From the IMG/VR virus record IMGVR_UViG_3300013108_000188: DNA of 64,000 nucleotides. One strand, 5' to 3'. Origin of the DNA: a virus. A program made the translations under genes and the position numbers. How positions within the stretch are numbered: position 1 is the stretch's first letter; each line of letters starts with the position of its first letter. A model generated the notes under the pieces. The model saw only the letters and a list, made by a program, of their open reading frames with translations. It ran no database searches and was not told where the DNA came from. Shown here in pieces: positions 8,756-17,349 of the stretch.

Positions 8756-9462
8756 AAAAAATCCGACAAGCCACTAAAGGTAACCGTTGATTTTACTTTA
8801 GTTTTGGGATTCTCAACCTCTACTTCGTGTCGCAATTTAGGCATTTCATCAAAAAACTTTCTGATTTTTGTAAATTGGTCAGTATTAAGACTATTAAAAA
8901 AGTCTTCTAGTTCTGCTTTAGAGCTATCCTTTGCCTTATGTATCTGTTCACCTTCATAGATGTAGTCAATACAGGAAATAATTGTTGAAAATATTTGTTC
9001 TGCGGAAAACTTTTCACCTACGCCCATAGGAACAGATTGCATAGTTGGATAATTTAAAACAAGACCTAGTTGTCTTTTTTCGTCTAACAATACATTGTTT
9101 GTATGGTTGTCGTCTACTTGTACTTCAACTTTAGTTAAGTCTATCTCAACAGGAATTAGTGTTACCTTATCTTCAGGACAAAAAACTCTAAACTTAGCAA
9201 TCTCACCAATTGACTTGGCACGAATATTTAAAAACAAATATTCTATGTCAAATATTGGCATATTAGCTGGTTTAAGTTTTCCAAATGTACAAGAATTAAC
9301 TAAATCTAAAACTGCCTGTTGAACCTGTTTGTCTTCTCCAGATTCCATAGCAATCATCAATAGTTTTTCTTCTTTGACCAAGAACGGTCTATATTGTACA
9401 ACTTTGTCTTCCGATGGTAATGTCAACTCGTATGTTGGGACATCAATCTTTGGTAAAGCCAT
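8728..9462 (-). CDS. gp26: baseplate hub assembly chaperone gp26
   Basis: MALPKIDVPTYELTLPS, YRPFLVKEEKLL, FDIEYLFLNIRAKSIGE, C-terminal GLSDFF. Confidence 0.9.
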   Translation of the reverse strand: MALPKIDVPTYELTLPSEDKVVQYRPFLVKEEKLLMIAMESGEDKQVQQAVLDLVNSCTFGKLKPANMPIFDIEYLFLNIRAKSIGEIAKFRVFCPEDKVTLIPVEIDLTKVEVQVDDNHTNNVLLDEKRQLGLVLNYPTMQSVPMGVGEKFSAEQIFSTIISCIDYIYEGEQIHKAKDSSKAELEDFFNSLNTDQFTKIRKFFDEMPKLRHEVEVENPKTKVKSTVTFSGLSDFFVSASPTAT

Positions 9463-9494
9463 TATGTTTCATACTCCTTAATAATTATTATATA

Positions 9495-10430
9495 TTATAT
9501 ATTTAGTGGTCCAAACTTGAATGGTGGCATAACTCTTCCACCTGTTATCTTCCCAATAGGGAAACTTCGTTTCAAATTCTGTAATATTCCTTCTCCTGCT
9601 CTTCTCAATTCAGGTGGCAGTTTAGATAAAAATCCAGATTTACCTTCTTTCACTATTGGCATACCAAATTGTGATTGGCCAATTTGAAATTTGTTTTGTT
9701 GGTCTATTGCAAAGTTTAACCAGTATCTATATTTAAAAGATACCGTAAATGTTTGAGCAGAATTAGTTTCTGAAGCATATTCTACTGCTCCTACTTTAAT
9801 TGGATATGCTTCCCATAATCTAACTCCATATGTTGCTCCGTCTCTTTCCTGGGTACCTGGATCAGCACCTAGTTGCAATATATTAATTGGTGCAACATAC
9901 TCATCATAATAAGAATAATTGTGTGTCATATTTGAAAAGGCAGTCTTTTGCCACATTTCAAAAAATATTCTTTCTCTCAAATACTTGTCTGTATAAAATG
10001 TCATATCTACATCTGCCATTTCATAATCGTTAACTATGTGTCTAGCAGGTCCGTTATGTTTAATTGCAACCGTCTTCATAGTTCTTTCAGGCATACTTAC
10101 ACTTGAACAAAATGCCTGTACTCTTTTTTGTACACTTGCTTCTTTTGAAAATTTTGATAGTTTAGCTTGGTTAATCATACCAGAAGAAGATTCATCTTCT
10201 TCAAAATTAGCTCTTGGTAATTCAAATACAACATAAAATCTTGCCTTACGAGCAAAACCTTCTGCTTCATTTACATATGCCTGGTATCTACCTATTGTTG
10301 TTTCTGGATTGGCACCCGCTCTTTGTTTAAATCTTGGATCCCTATTAATGTTATCCATTGAACGGTCTCTTGGAATACCCAATCGGATATCCATACCAAA
10401 TATTCGTTTACCGCCTCTTAAAATTGCCAT
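9495..10430 (-). CDS. gp54: baseplate-tail tube initiator gp54-like
   Basis: Tube-fold motifs (FCSSVSMP, MTFYTD, YYDEYV, EAYPIKVG, FTVSFKYRYW). Confidence 0.7.
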   Translation of the reverse strand: MAILRGGKRIFGMDIRLGIPRDRSMDNINRDPRFKQRAGANPETTIGRYQAYVNEAEGFARKARFYVVFELPRANFEEDESSSGMINQAKLSKFSKEASVQKRVQAFCSSVSMPERTMKTVAIKHNGPARHIVNDYEMADVDMTFYTDKYLRERIFFEMWQKTAFSNMTHNYSYYDEYVAPINILQLGADPGTQERDGATYGVRLWEAYPIKVGAVEYASETNSAQTFTVSFKYRYWLNFAIDQQNKFQIGQSQFGMPIVKEGKSGFLSKLPPELRRAGEGILQNLKRSFPIGKITGGRVMPPFKFGPLNI

Positions 10431-10439
10431 TTTACTTAC

Positions 10440-10592
10440 CTAGTCGTTGTCGTTTTTATTGCGTCTATTTCGCATACCCATATAATTGTCGGATGGTTCA
10501 TAATTCCATTTATGTCCGTGGTGACCTCTAACATCAGCGTACCACATTCTCAATCTTACTATCAACACTCTCCAAAGTGTTCTTCTTGCCAT
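10440..10592 (-). CDS. small basic hypothetical protein (50 aa, not in ORF track)
   Basis: Manual translation MARRTLWRVLIVRLRMWYADVRGHHGHKWNYEPSDNYMGMRNRRNKNDND; fills the gap between gp2 and gp54. Confidence 0.55.
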   Translation of the reverse strand: MARRTLWRVLIVRLRMWYADVRGHHGHKWNYEPSDNYMGMRNRRNKNDND

Positions 10593-10605
10593 TGCTTATC
10601 AAATA

Positions 10606-11163
10606 TTAAATTCCTCTTCTGCTTCTACTCCAAACCGTTGTGGCTGGTTGTTTCTTAAATTGCTGTACTGGCAAGTAGACTGCCAATGCCGCTTCCGTTG
10701 CGTCTATTCTCAAAAATTGACTTCTGATATGACTATAAAGATATTTATGTAGTGTTGGTTTAACCATTGGAATATTTTTAACAGAATTGTATGATATTTG
10801 ATACTTGGAAGTTCTTCCTAACTTGTCTCCTACCAAAAATCGGTCTAAACGAGATAATAAAGTAAATCTCATAGCAGGTGGCAAGTAGTGAAAGTTCATA
10901 CCAACAAATCCACCTTTAATTGTGTCTAAAGGTAATACTAATGGAAAAGTGTCGTAATACGGTAAAGTCTTTTTAAATTTTGGGTCATAAAAGAATAGAT
11001 TTAATCTTCCGCCCGATGGTCTACCCAATAACTGACCTTTTCTCATTAAAACACCTGCTCTTGCCTTATCAGCTATTGAAGCAACTGCTTGTCTGTACCA
11101 GGCACCAGACTTTCTGGTGTCTCCTTGTTTCTGTACTAATGGGTCTAGTATTGATATTGCCAT
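10606..11163 (-). CDS. gp2: DNA end protector protein gp2
   Basis: FFYDPKFKKTLPYYDTFPLV, GMNFHYLPP motifs. Confidence 0.9.
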   Translation of the reverse strand: MAISILDPLVQKQGDTRKSGAWYRQAVASIADKARAGVLMRKGQLLGRPSGGRLNLFFYDPKFKKTLPYYDTFPLVLPLDTIKGGFVGMNFHYLPPAMRFTLLSRLDRFLVGDKLGRTSKYQISYNSVKNIPMVKPTLHKYLYSHIRSQFLRIDATEAALAVYLPVQQFKKQPATTVWSRSRRGI

Positions 11164-11170
11164 AATGCTA

Positions 11171-11178
11171 TATTTATA
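11171..11178 (-). promoter_or_regulatory. T4-type late promoter for gp2
   Basis: TATAAATA 7 nt upstream of the ATG. Confidence 0.7.
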
Positions 11179-11188
11179 TTAGAAATGA

Positions 11189-11215
11189 CAAAGGGGTCCA
11201 GAAAGGACCCCTTTG
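11189..11215 (-). terminator. hairpin terminator after gp32
   Basis: Perfect 11-bp stem CAAAGGGGTCC / GGACCCCTTTG. Confidence 0.7.
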
Positions 11216-11244
11216 CTTTAAAAGTAATGTAGGAAAGAGAGAGA

Positions 11245-12147
11245 TTATTCGTCTTCAGCGAGTTTTGAAAAATATGATAAGGTATCATCCTCATCACCAA
11301 CGCCTTTAGACGCCTCATTACTTTGTACCGAAGCAGTTTTAGCTGCTGTGCCAGTAGAAGGTGGGAGGTCTATCTCACTAGCAGTCTCGGTATTCTTTGA
11401 ACCAGCAATCACACGATTTAATTTCTCTTTTAAATCGTCATATGATTTAAAGTTGCTAGTTTCAAGGAATGGTTTAAGAGGATATTGCTTACTCCAAATC
11501 TCTTTGATTTTTTCGTCATCACTATTGACTGGAGAAGGTGCCTCAAATTCAGATTTATCATAGTTCCAAAAACCATCAACTTTTCTAATCTTCAATTTGA
11601 AGTTAGCACCTGACCAAAAGTCAAATGGGTTAATTGGTTTTTCATCTTCAAACGCTGGCGACATTGCTTCTGTAATCTTATTAAATATCTTTTTACCGAA
11701 TTTAAATAAGAAGACTTTACCTTCGTTCTCTGGATGTTTGGCGTCTGATACAACATAGATGTTTGAGTAGTATGATAATTTTCTTTTTCTCTTACGAGCA
11801 ATTTCTTTATCACTATCAACACCTGTGTTCCATAGTCTTGTATTTTCTTCACTAACAGGATCCTTCTGACCCAATGTTGTTAAAGAGTTCTCAATATACC
11901 ATCCACCTGGTCCTTGGAAAGCGTGAGACCAAACTCTTGCCCACGGCATTTCTTCTGTTTTACTAGCAGGTAGGAAACGAATAACTGCATAACCATTTCC
12001 AGTCTTATCTAGTTCTGGTTTCCACAATCTATCGTCTTGGTATTTGTTTTTTGTCTTGGAAGCGTCCTCAGGATTGAGGTTTGCTTCTATTTGTTTTGAA
12101 AGTTTGTCAAAGTTCTTTTGACTATCTTTTAATGTTTCAAAATCCAT
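11245..12147 (-). CDS. gp32: single-stranded DNA-binding protein gp32
   Basis: DDRLWKPELDKTGNGYAVIRFLP, HAFQGPGGWYIENSLTT, acidic tail DDTLSYFSKLAEDE. Confidence 0.97.
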   Translation of the reverse strand: MDFETLKDSQKNFDKLSKQIEANLNPEDASKTKNKYQDDRLWKPELDKTGNGYAVIRFLPASKTEEMPWARVWSHAFQGPGGWYIENSLTTLGQKDPVSEENTRLWNTGVDSDKEIARKRKRKLSYYSNIYVVSDAKHPENEGKVFLFKFGKKIFNKITEAMSPAFEDEKPINPFDFWSGANFKLKIRKVDGFWNYDKSEFEAPSPVNSDDEKIKEIWSKQYPLKPFLETSNFKSYDDLKEKLNRVIAGSKNTETASEIDLPPSTGTAAKTASVQSNEASKGVGDEDDTLSYFSKLAEDE

Positions 12148-12164
12148 AATTTTCTCCTTTGTAT

Positions 12165-12230
12165 GTATTTCGTATTTGTATTTTCGTATTTAAGTATCAT
12201 AATATAAATCGTATTTCAATAATAGTATTT
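12165..12230 (-). repeat. six AAATAC repeats in the gp32 leader (candidate autoregulatory operator)
   Basis: GTATTT on + strand at 12165, 12172, 12178, 12186, 12211, 12225. Confidence 0.6.
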
Positions 12231-12233
12231 ATA
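12226..12233 (-). promoter_or_regulatory. T4-type late promoter for gp32
   Basis: TATAAATA. Confidence 0.6.
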
Positions 12234-12255
12234 ATACTTTTATACTATTATTAAC

Positions 12256-12284
12256 AATATAACACATTCTACAACCTTTGTCAA
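12256..12284 (-). promoter_or_regulatory. sigma70-type early promoter for gp32
   Basis: TTGACA-17-TATATT. Confidence 0.7.
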
Positions 12285-12293
12285 TAGTCCGTG

Positions 12294-12899
12294 CTATGTT
12301 AATTCTTCTTTAATTATCAGTTTCATCTGCGTTCTATTATATCGTATAAATGGCAGATATTTCTTTATTCTTTTACTAAAAACTGGCCAAACTACGCCTT
12401 CCACAATCTCTTTATCCCATTTTTTAATGAAATCAAGGAAGTTTTCAAATACGCAAAAAGTCTGATAGCTAATTCTTTTAGATGAGAGAAGTTTGAAAAA
12501 TGGTGGATGTTGGCCTCTATCAACCAGAAACAAATCATCAAACTTAATGTTGTTATTATCCAAAGTATCCCTAATAATCCTACACTCACTCCTAAAATTA
12601 TAACTAAAACTATCTTTATAAGCTCTATGAGAAACATAGTTATCGGTACCATCTTGCTTGGCAAGATTTCCAATCCACGCTTTATCACTAACCAAGAAGT
12701 TCGCAACAAAGAAATCAAGTGCTTGGTCAGCGTCATATTTTTTAGAGAGTTTATGAAAGAAGTATCTATCATTTCGTTTTGTAAATGTCTCCAGTTTGCA
12801 ATTAACTTTACCTCCGTATTGAAAGTAATCGTAAGTCTTGGTAGTAAAATGTAGTTTTACTGCCAACCATATTTTAAAAACTTCAAATCCGCCATACAT
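12294..12899 (-). CDS. gp59: helicase loader gp59
   Basis: LAVKLHFTTKTYDYFQYGGK, F.KRNDRYFFHKL; T4 synteny 33-59-32. Confidence 0.9.
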   Translation of the reverse strand: MYGGFEVFKIWLAVKLHFTTKTYDYFQYGGKVNCKLETFTKRNDRYFFHKLSKKYDADQALDFFVANFLVSDKAWIGNLAKQDGTDNYVSHRAYKDSFSYNFRSECRIIRDTLDNNNIKFDDLFLVDRGQHPPFFKLLSSKRISYQTFCVFENFLDFIKKWDKEIVEGVVWPVFSKRIKKYLPFIRYNRTQMKLIIKEELT

Positions 12900-12900
12900 A

Positions 12901-13536
12901 TTATACTAACTCTGGTCGTTCTATCAAATATTTAGTACAAATAGGAAAATGCTCTTGCATATGTTTAACTATTTGTTCCGCTACTCTTCCTGTTTCTTTT
13001 TGTGCGTTTGGTTTAATTCTTAAATTACATACTCTACTAAAAGCATATACACTACCAGACCATATCCATTCGGTCATAGTATTTTGTGGGAGTATCATAC
13101 GAGCCATTTCAGGAGCAATACCTTCTTCTAACATATCATTATAAGTTTCTAATGCAACATTAACAGCGTGGTTAATATCATATTTTATAATCTTATCACC
13201 TGAACCTTGTTTAATAGATTTATCTGGTCTACTTCTCCACTCGTCTGTCATATAAAATTCTGGTTTATCATCTATGTATCTTCTACTCACTTCGTTCCAA
13301 GCTAAACCTACTTGATGTTTAACTAATTGTCTTGCAACAAATATAGGTGCTTTAATTCTAAATGACATTGTAGCGTGAGCAAAAGGTGACCAATGACCCC
13401 AATATGCCAAGTACTTAATTAACTTGTCATCTTTGGCGTCTAATTTGCCTTTTTTAACTTTTGCAAAGGACACTCTAGCAGCATTTACTACTGACATATC
13501 ATTGCCCATTTTATTTACAAAAGCTACCTCTATCAT
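12901..13536 (-). CDS. thyX: flavin-dependent thymidylate synthase
   Basis: VNAARVSF, HWSPF, ARQLVKHQVG.AWNEVSRRY, PEMARMILPQ. Confidence 0.95.
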   Translation of the reverse strand: MIEVAFVNKMGNDMSVVNAARVSFAKVKKGKLDAKDDKLIKYLAYWGHWSPFAHATMSFRIKAPIFVARQLVKHQVGLAWNEVSRRYIDDKPEFYMTDEWRSRPDKSIKQGSGDKIIKYDINHAVNVALETYNDMLEEGIAPEMARMILPQNTMTEWIWSGSVYAFSRVCNLRIKPNAQKETGRVAEQIVKHMQEHFPICTKYLIERPELV

Positions 13537-13748
13537 AAAGGCAATACTCCACTAGTCTTTGGTAATAAATTAAGTTTCTGACACTCCAACGCTACCTTTT
13601 CTTTTAATGCTTTGTTTATTAAAGGTCCAACGGTAGCAGTATCAATCTTTCTTTCCTCACAATATCCAACAATGGCCTCCATATAAGAGATACCTTTGTG
13701 TTCTTTTTTGTAAGTTTCTATTTCTAAACTAAATTGTTTTGAGTTCAT
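13533..13748 (-). CDS. gp33: late-promoter transcription co-activator gp33
   Basis: FSLEIE...YMEAIVGYCE...LINKALKEKV..E...LNLL; synteny. Confidence 0.85.
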   Translation of the reverse strand: MNSKQFSLEIETYKKEHKGISYMEAIVGYCEERKIDTATVGPLINKALKEKVALECQKLNLLPKTSGVLPL

Positions 13749-13754
13749 AGTACT

Positions 13755-13782
13755 ACTATATCACATTCCTACGGAAAGTCAA
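13755..13782 (-). promoter_or_regulatory. sigma70-type promoter (leaderless gp33 transcript)
   Basis: TTGACT-16-TATAGT, with ATG 6 nt after the -10 box. Confidence 0.55.
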
Positions 13783-13786
13783 GCAC

Positions 13787-14047
13787 CTATCTATTTAATT
13801 TAGCTGCCTTTATTTGGGTAGGGTCTATATCATATTCACCACACGCAATAGAATTTATCATCTTATTAGAACCTTCCTGTGCTAGTGTCATTAACAATCC
13901 AGTATATAATGATGGATAATTTAAGGTAACGAAATCTGTACATTCTTTAAGTGTTTCAAACTTATATCCTGGATGATGTCTAATTTCATCTGGTTCTCCA
14001 GACGCAATTAGAATAGCGATTATCATAAAAAAAGTTTCTTTTAACAT
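13787..14047 (-). CDS. small exported hypothetical protein
   Basis: Hydrophobic N-terminus, two Cys. Confidence 0.55.
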   Translation of the reverse strand: MLKETFFMIIAILIASGEPDEIRHHPGYKFETLKECTDFVTLNYPSLYTGLLMTLAQEGSNKMINSIACGEYDIDPTQIKAAKLNR

Positions 14048-14071
14048 TTTAGTGTTGTCCTATTTGTGGTT

Positions 14072-14325
14072 AAAGGTGGACTTCTGTTGCCAAGTGTCCA
14101 CCAAACTCCGTTGCCTATTAACTAGGCAGCAAGGGCAAATGTATTATTGCCAGTTAAAAATGAGTTTTAAGTTCTCCAACTATTAATCTCCAATGTTCTT
14201 TAATCTGTGAATCGAACCTGTATCACCCCCCATAAGCATACACCAATGGTATATGTTTAAAGTGAGTGGTGGAGGTGTTGGGAATTGCACCCAAGTCTTC
14301 TCCAGTTATTACAACACTTTCAACG
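14072..14325 (-). ncRNA. ssrA: circularly permuted two-piece tmRNA (alphaproteobacterial type), tag (A)GNNTFALAA*
   Basis: T-arm TTGGG-TGCAATT-CCCAA plus CACCTCC-A-CCA (14267-14294) precede an intervening hairpin and the 5' strand GGGGGTG (14224-14230), giving a 7-bp acceptor stem with G3:U70; tag ORF 14122-14151; terminal hairpin GGTGGAC/GTCCACC. Confidence 0.92.
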
Positions 14326-14326
14326 A

Positions 14327-14548
14327 CTAATTCTTTTCAATTTGTTTGCAAGTTTCTTTGTTAGCTTGTAATGGTAAATTTTTATCGTGTATCCATACAT
14401 ATGAATATACCACTTCATCACCTTTAATCATACATTTCTTTCCAAGTTTAACACTAGGAGTTTTTATGCTACAGGCACTAACAAAAAATAATGCAATCAA
14501 AAACAATCCAATTGTTTTCATATTTCCTTTATTTAAATCCTTTTTCAA
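14327..14548 (-). CDS. small lipoprotein
   Basis: Lipobox VSAC. Confidence 0.6.
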   Translation of the reverse strand: MKKDLNKGNMKTIGLFLIALFFVSACSIKTPSVKLGKKCMIKGDEVVYSYVWIHDKNLPLQANKETCKQIEKN

Positions 14549-14909
14549 GTTCTTCTACTCTTTTATAGTCAAATAAGTTATACATTAAACACTTATCCAC
14601 TCCATCTGGAGTTTCTACACTAGAAACAAAGACATCTTTGTCCTTTTTCTTATAACCTTGTATCATATATACAGGTTCTCCATCTGCTACCCCACCTTTT
14701 CTTCCAATTCCAACACTTACTATTTCAAAGTCATTATGTTCTAGCCACTTTGTCATATCGTCATAAGAGGCACATAATATCGGTGCTGTAGTTTGAAAAA
14801 ATATACTTTCGTTGTGGTCAGCTTTTACTGACTTAAATCCTAATAGTACCATAATTGATACTAACACAACTATAATCCATTTCTCTATGGGATTGTGAAA
14901 TATGTTCAT
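14529..14909 (-). CDS. exported hypothetical protein
   Basis: Signal peptide ending VKA; two Cys. Confidence 0.6.
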   Translation of the reverse strand: MNIFHNPIEKWIIVVLVSIMVLLGFKSVKADHNESIFFQTTAPILCASYDDMTKWLEHNDFEIVSVGIGRKGGVADGEPVYMIQGYKKKDKDVFVSSVETPDGVDKCLMYNLFDYKRVEELEKGFK

Positions 14910-14987
14910 CTAATCTTTCCTTAATTAGACAGAAACAACTCACTTCGTTAACTAATAATTATTTGACTTCTGCTCTATTGTTTTATT

Positions 14988-15674
14988 TTACTTACGCAAG
15001 GCCATAACGCCTTCGTAATATTTATAAAAACTTTTTATAGATTTGTCTAATTCCTCGTAATAATCTTTAGGATTTTTTATCCACTCTTGCATTGAACCAT
15101 CTTCCCCAGCGATAAGGACAACTATTTGCTCTATCGGTTTACCGAATAGCTCCTCATACATAACTGCATAGGCAGTACATTGAAGAAAATAGTTATCAAC
15201 CCAATCTTCAATCTTTTCTTTGTTTGCTGTTTTGAAATCTATTACTGATAGTTTACCTCTATAGTCAGCAATACAATCAGTTTGACCTGCTAGCGTCAAT
15301 TTAGTACTATACATTATCGCTTCAATCAAATGTATATTCTCAATATTGTCTAGGTAGGGTTTCATAAGTCTAAACAGACCTAATGGTAATACAGAAGTCT
15401 CACCAGGCGTTTCGCCTTTTAAATAGTTCTCAACTAATGTGTGAGTAGATTTACCTCTTTTAGCAGCTCGTCTCATTTCAAAGTTCGCTACATCTTCTCC
15501 AATATTAGCTCTCCAGGCCTTTAGACCATCTGATTTTCTAATATTTAGGATTGAGGTTACTGATGGATAGTTCTTGCCATCTATCTCGTAAAATCTGAAA
15601 CCATCTTGGTTCCGACCTTTAGTAGTTGGCAGAAGTGATTTATTCACATCAACAAATTTAAATTCTTTAGCCAT
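14988..15674 (-). CDS. PD-(D/E)xK exonuclease
   Basis: YPSVTSIL, RGKSTH, AGQTDCI, VIDFKT, YFLQCTAYA. Confidence 0.88.
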   Translation of the reverse strand: MAKEFKFVDVNKSLLPTTKGRNQDGFRFYEIDGKNYPSVTSILNIRKSDGLKAWRANIGEDVANFEMRRAAKRGKSTHTLVENYLKGETPGETSVLPLGLFRLMKPYLDNIENIHLIEAIMYSTKLTLAGQTDCIADYRGKLSVIDFKTANKEKIEDWVDNYFLQCTAYAVMYEELFGKPIEQIVVLIAGEDGSMQEWIKNPKDYYEELDKSIKSFYKYYEGVMALRK

Positions 15675-15697
15675 TATATTACTCCTTTATTTCAATC

Positions 15698-15726
15698 ATT
15701 ATATCATCACACGAGCACAATGTCAA
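15698..15726 (-). promoter_or_regulatory. sigma70-type early promoter
   Basis: TTGACA-17-TATAAT. Confidence 0.8.
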
Positions 15727-15793
15727 GCACCTAGCTTGACCTGTTATTCATAAGCATATCATTAACCTCGTCTTTACTTACGATACCGAGCGT

Positions 15794-16264
15794 TCAATTA
15801 GGGTTATACTCAACATATTGAGTTTTACCTTTATCGTCTCTAAATGCTCTTAATGTACTCTTTCTATTGTCTGTTGGACTCTTATAAGAGCAATGAATCC
15901 ATCCAGAATTTGGTTCGTCTGGTTTATGGTATTCCAATATCAATTGGTCATAGTCTAAATTTTCCATAATCCATTTTGCCAATTCCGCATTCGGCACACC
16001 AAAAATTTCAAAATCGGCGGCTTGGCCTTTGGCGTGCTGTGAATTTACGGAGCTTCCTATGGCTACGCAAAGTTCCTCGGAGCGGAACCCACTTGATACG
16101 GTGACTGGACTTGCATAATGGTCCCTTACAGGTTGCAAAATATTTTCACTTAATTTCTGCAATGCTGTAATTTGGTCATCATTGGGATTATTATTAATCC
16201 CTTTCCTTTCAGCCGTTTGAGAAGTGGTTAACTCCTTTAAACTAAAGTTTTTGCTTAATTTCAT
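15794..16264 (-). CDS. peptidase M15A-family Zn peptidase (endolysin candidate)
   Basis: LSKNFSLKEL, SSGFRS, SQHAKGQAADF, WIHCSY. Confidence 0.88.
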   Translation of the reverse strand: MKLSKNFSLKELTTSQTAERKGINNNPNDDQITALQKLSENILQPVRDHYASPVTVSSGFRSEELCVAIGSSVNSQHAKGQAADFEIFGVPNAELAKWIMENLDYDQLILEYHKPDEPNSGWIHCSYKSPTDNRKSTLRAFRDDKGKTQYVEYNPN

Positions 16265-16406
16265 TTAATTTATCCTTCGCTTTTAGTTTCATTTTTTTAA
16301 GTTCTCTTAATCTTAACCACGAATTATATCCTCGTCTTTGTTGTCTTACATCTTCAGCTATTAATACTTCCTTTTTCAGTTCCTTATGTTTCGCTTTAAG
16401 CGACAT
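16242..16406 (-). CDS. small basic coiled-coil protein (DUF465-like, not in ORF track)
   Basis: Manual translation MSLKAKHKELKKEV...LRELKKMKLKAKDKL. Confidence 0.5.
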   Translation of the reverse strand: MSLKAKHKELKKEVLIAEDVRQQRRGYNSWLRLRELKKMKLKAKDKLNEIKQKL

Positions 16407-16409
16407 AAA

Positions 16410-16817
16410 TTACCCCCTTGTTAGTTTTAATATCTTATCAATTTGTGCTTTGATTATAGGTCCTCTATTTGGCCAATGTATATATGGCTCTTCTGATTTG
16501 GAAAGATTGTATAAGAAAGGTAATATAATCTTTTCAATTTCTTTAAATCTTTCTTTTGTTTCTTCTGTAGTTATCTCTTTAGTAATAGTATCCTTTTCAG
16601 CAACTATTTGCATTATCTCGTTCATCATAGTTTTAATAGAACCAACATCTGATTTAACTTTCGCTAACTCTATGTTAGTACCTTCAAACTTTGAATCTAG
16701 TTGTTTTTCATCAACACCTGGTTTTTCTTCAACAGGTTTATTGGTGACTGGAGTAAAACCCCAATCATCATTAAGGTCAAAACCTCTCATATAATCAGGC
16801 ATATCGTTTTTTGCCAT
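16410..16817 (-). CDS. hypothetical protein
   Basis: ORF with coupled stop/start; YIHWPNR motif. Confidence 0.65.
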   Translation of the reverse strand: MAKNDMPDYMRGFDLNDDWGFTPVTNKPVEEKPGVDEKQLDSKFEGTNIELAKVKSDVGSIKTMMNEIMQIVAEKDTITKEITTEETKERFKEIEKIILPFLYNLSKSEEPYIHWPNRGPIIKAQIDKILKLTRG

Positions 16818-17038
16818 TACTTGTCTTCCTCCTTAATATTGTCTATGATATGGACCCTTATAGGTTTACCAGATTGTATCTGTACACCCAAGTCCACAGC
16901 ATTATAACCAATACTATATGCGTTTTTATTAACAACTGCTGTACTTATGCCACCAACGGTGAATAGGTTATTAAACCCAGCACTACAATTACTAACAATT
17001 GTTCCAATAACGCATAAAAAAATTATTCTGTATATCAT
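16817..17038 (-). CDS. small lipoprotein-like protein
   Basis: Hydrophobic N-terminus ending VSNC. Confidence 0.5.
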   Translation of the reverse strand: MIYRIIFLCVIGTIVSNCSAGFNNLFTVGGISTAVVNKNAYSIGYNAVDLGVQIQSGKPIRVHIIDNIKEEDK

Positions 17039-17039
17039 A

Positions 17040-17342
17040 TTACTTCGGTAGTATTCCGTGTTTCTTTAATACTTGTCTTGTTTTAATATCTTTAGTTGAC
17101 GCTCTACCGTGTCTCTCGGCGAAAGGTGTACCAGGATTTCTTTCTGCGATTTTTGATTGTACTTCTTTCCATCCGCCATCAGTTCTAATATTTGTACTTC
17201 CTGTTCCACTTACTATATTTATTGCTTTCAATATCTGCTTAATGTGTTTATTCTTCTTCAAATACTTGTCTTTTTCAGACATACTCATAAAATCTGTAAA
17301 TTCTTCTTTAGTTTTGGTGTTTATAAACGAATATGTCGGCAT
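17040..17342 (-). CDS. FmdB-like small protein
   Basis: MPTYSF.N..T start and GWKEV.SKI motif seen in T4-like marine phages. Confidence 0.55.
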   Translation of the reverse strand: MPTYSFINTKTKEEFTDFMSMSEKDKYLKKNKHIKQILKAINIVSGTGSTNIRTDGGWKEVQSKIAERNPGTPFAERHGRASTKDIKTRQVLKKHGILPK

Positions 17343-17349
17343 TGTGTTT

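Noticed and set aside
12392-12772. 126-aa alternative-frame ORF within gp59 (also 11592..11852 and 62759..62998)
   Set aside because: Same-strand out-of-frame overlaps of conserved genes with no independent support
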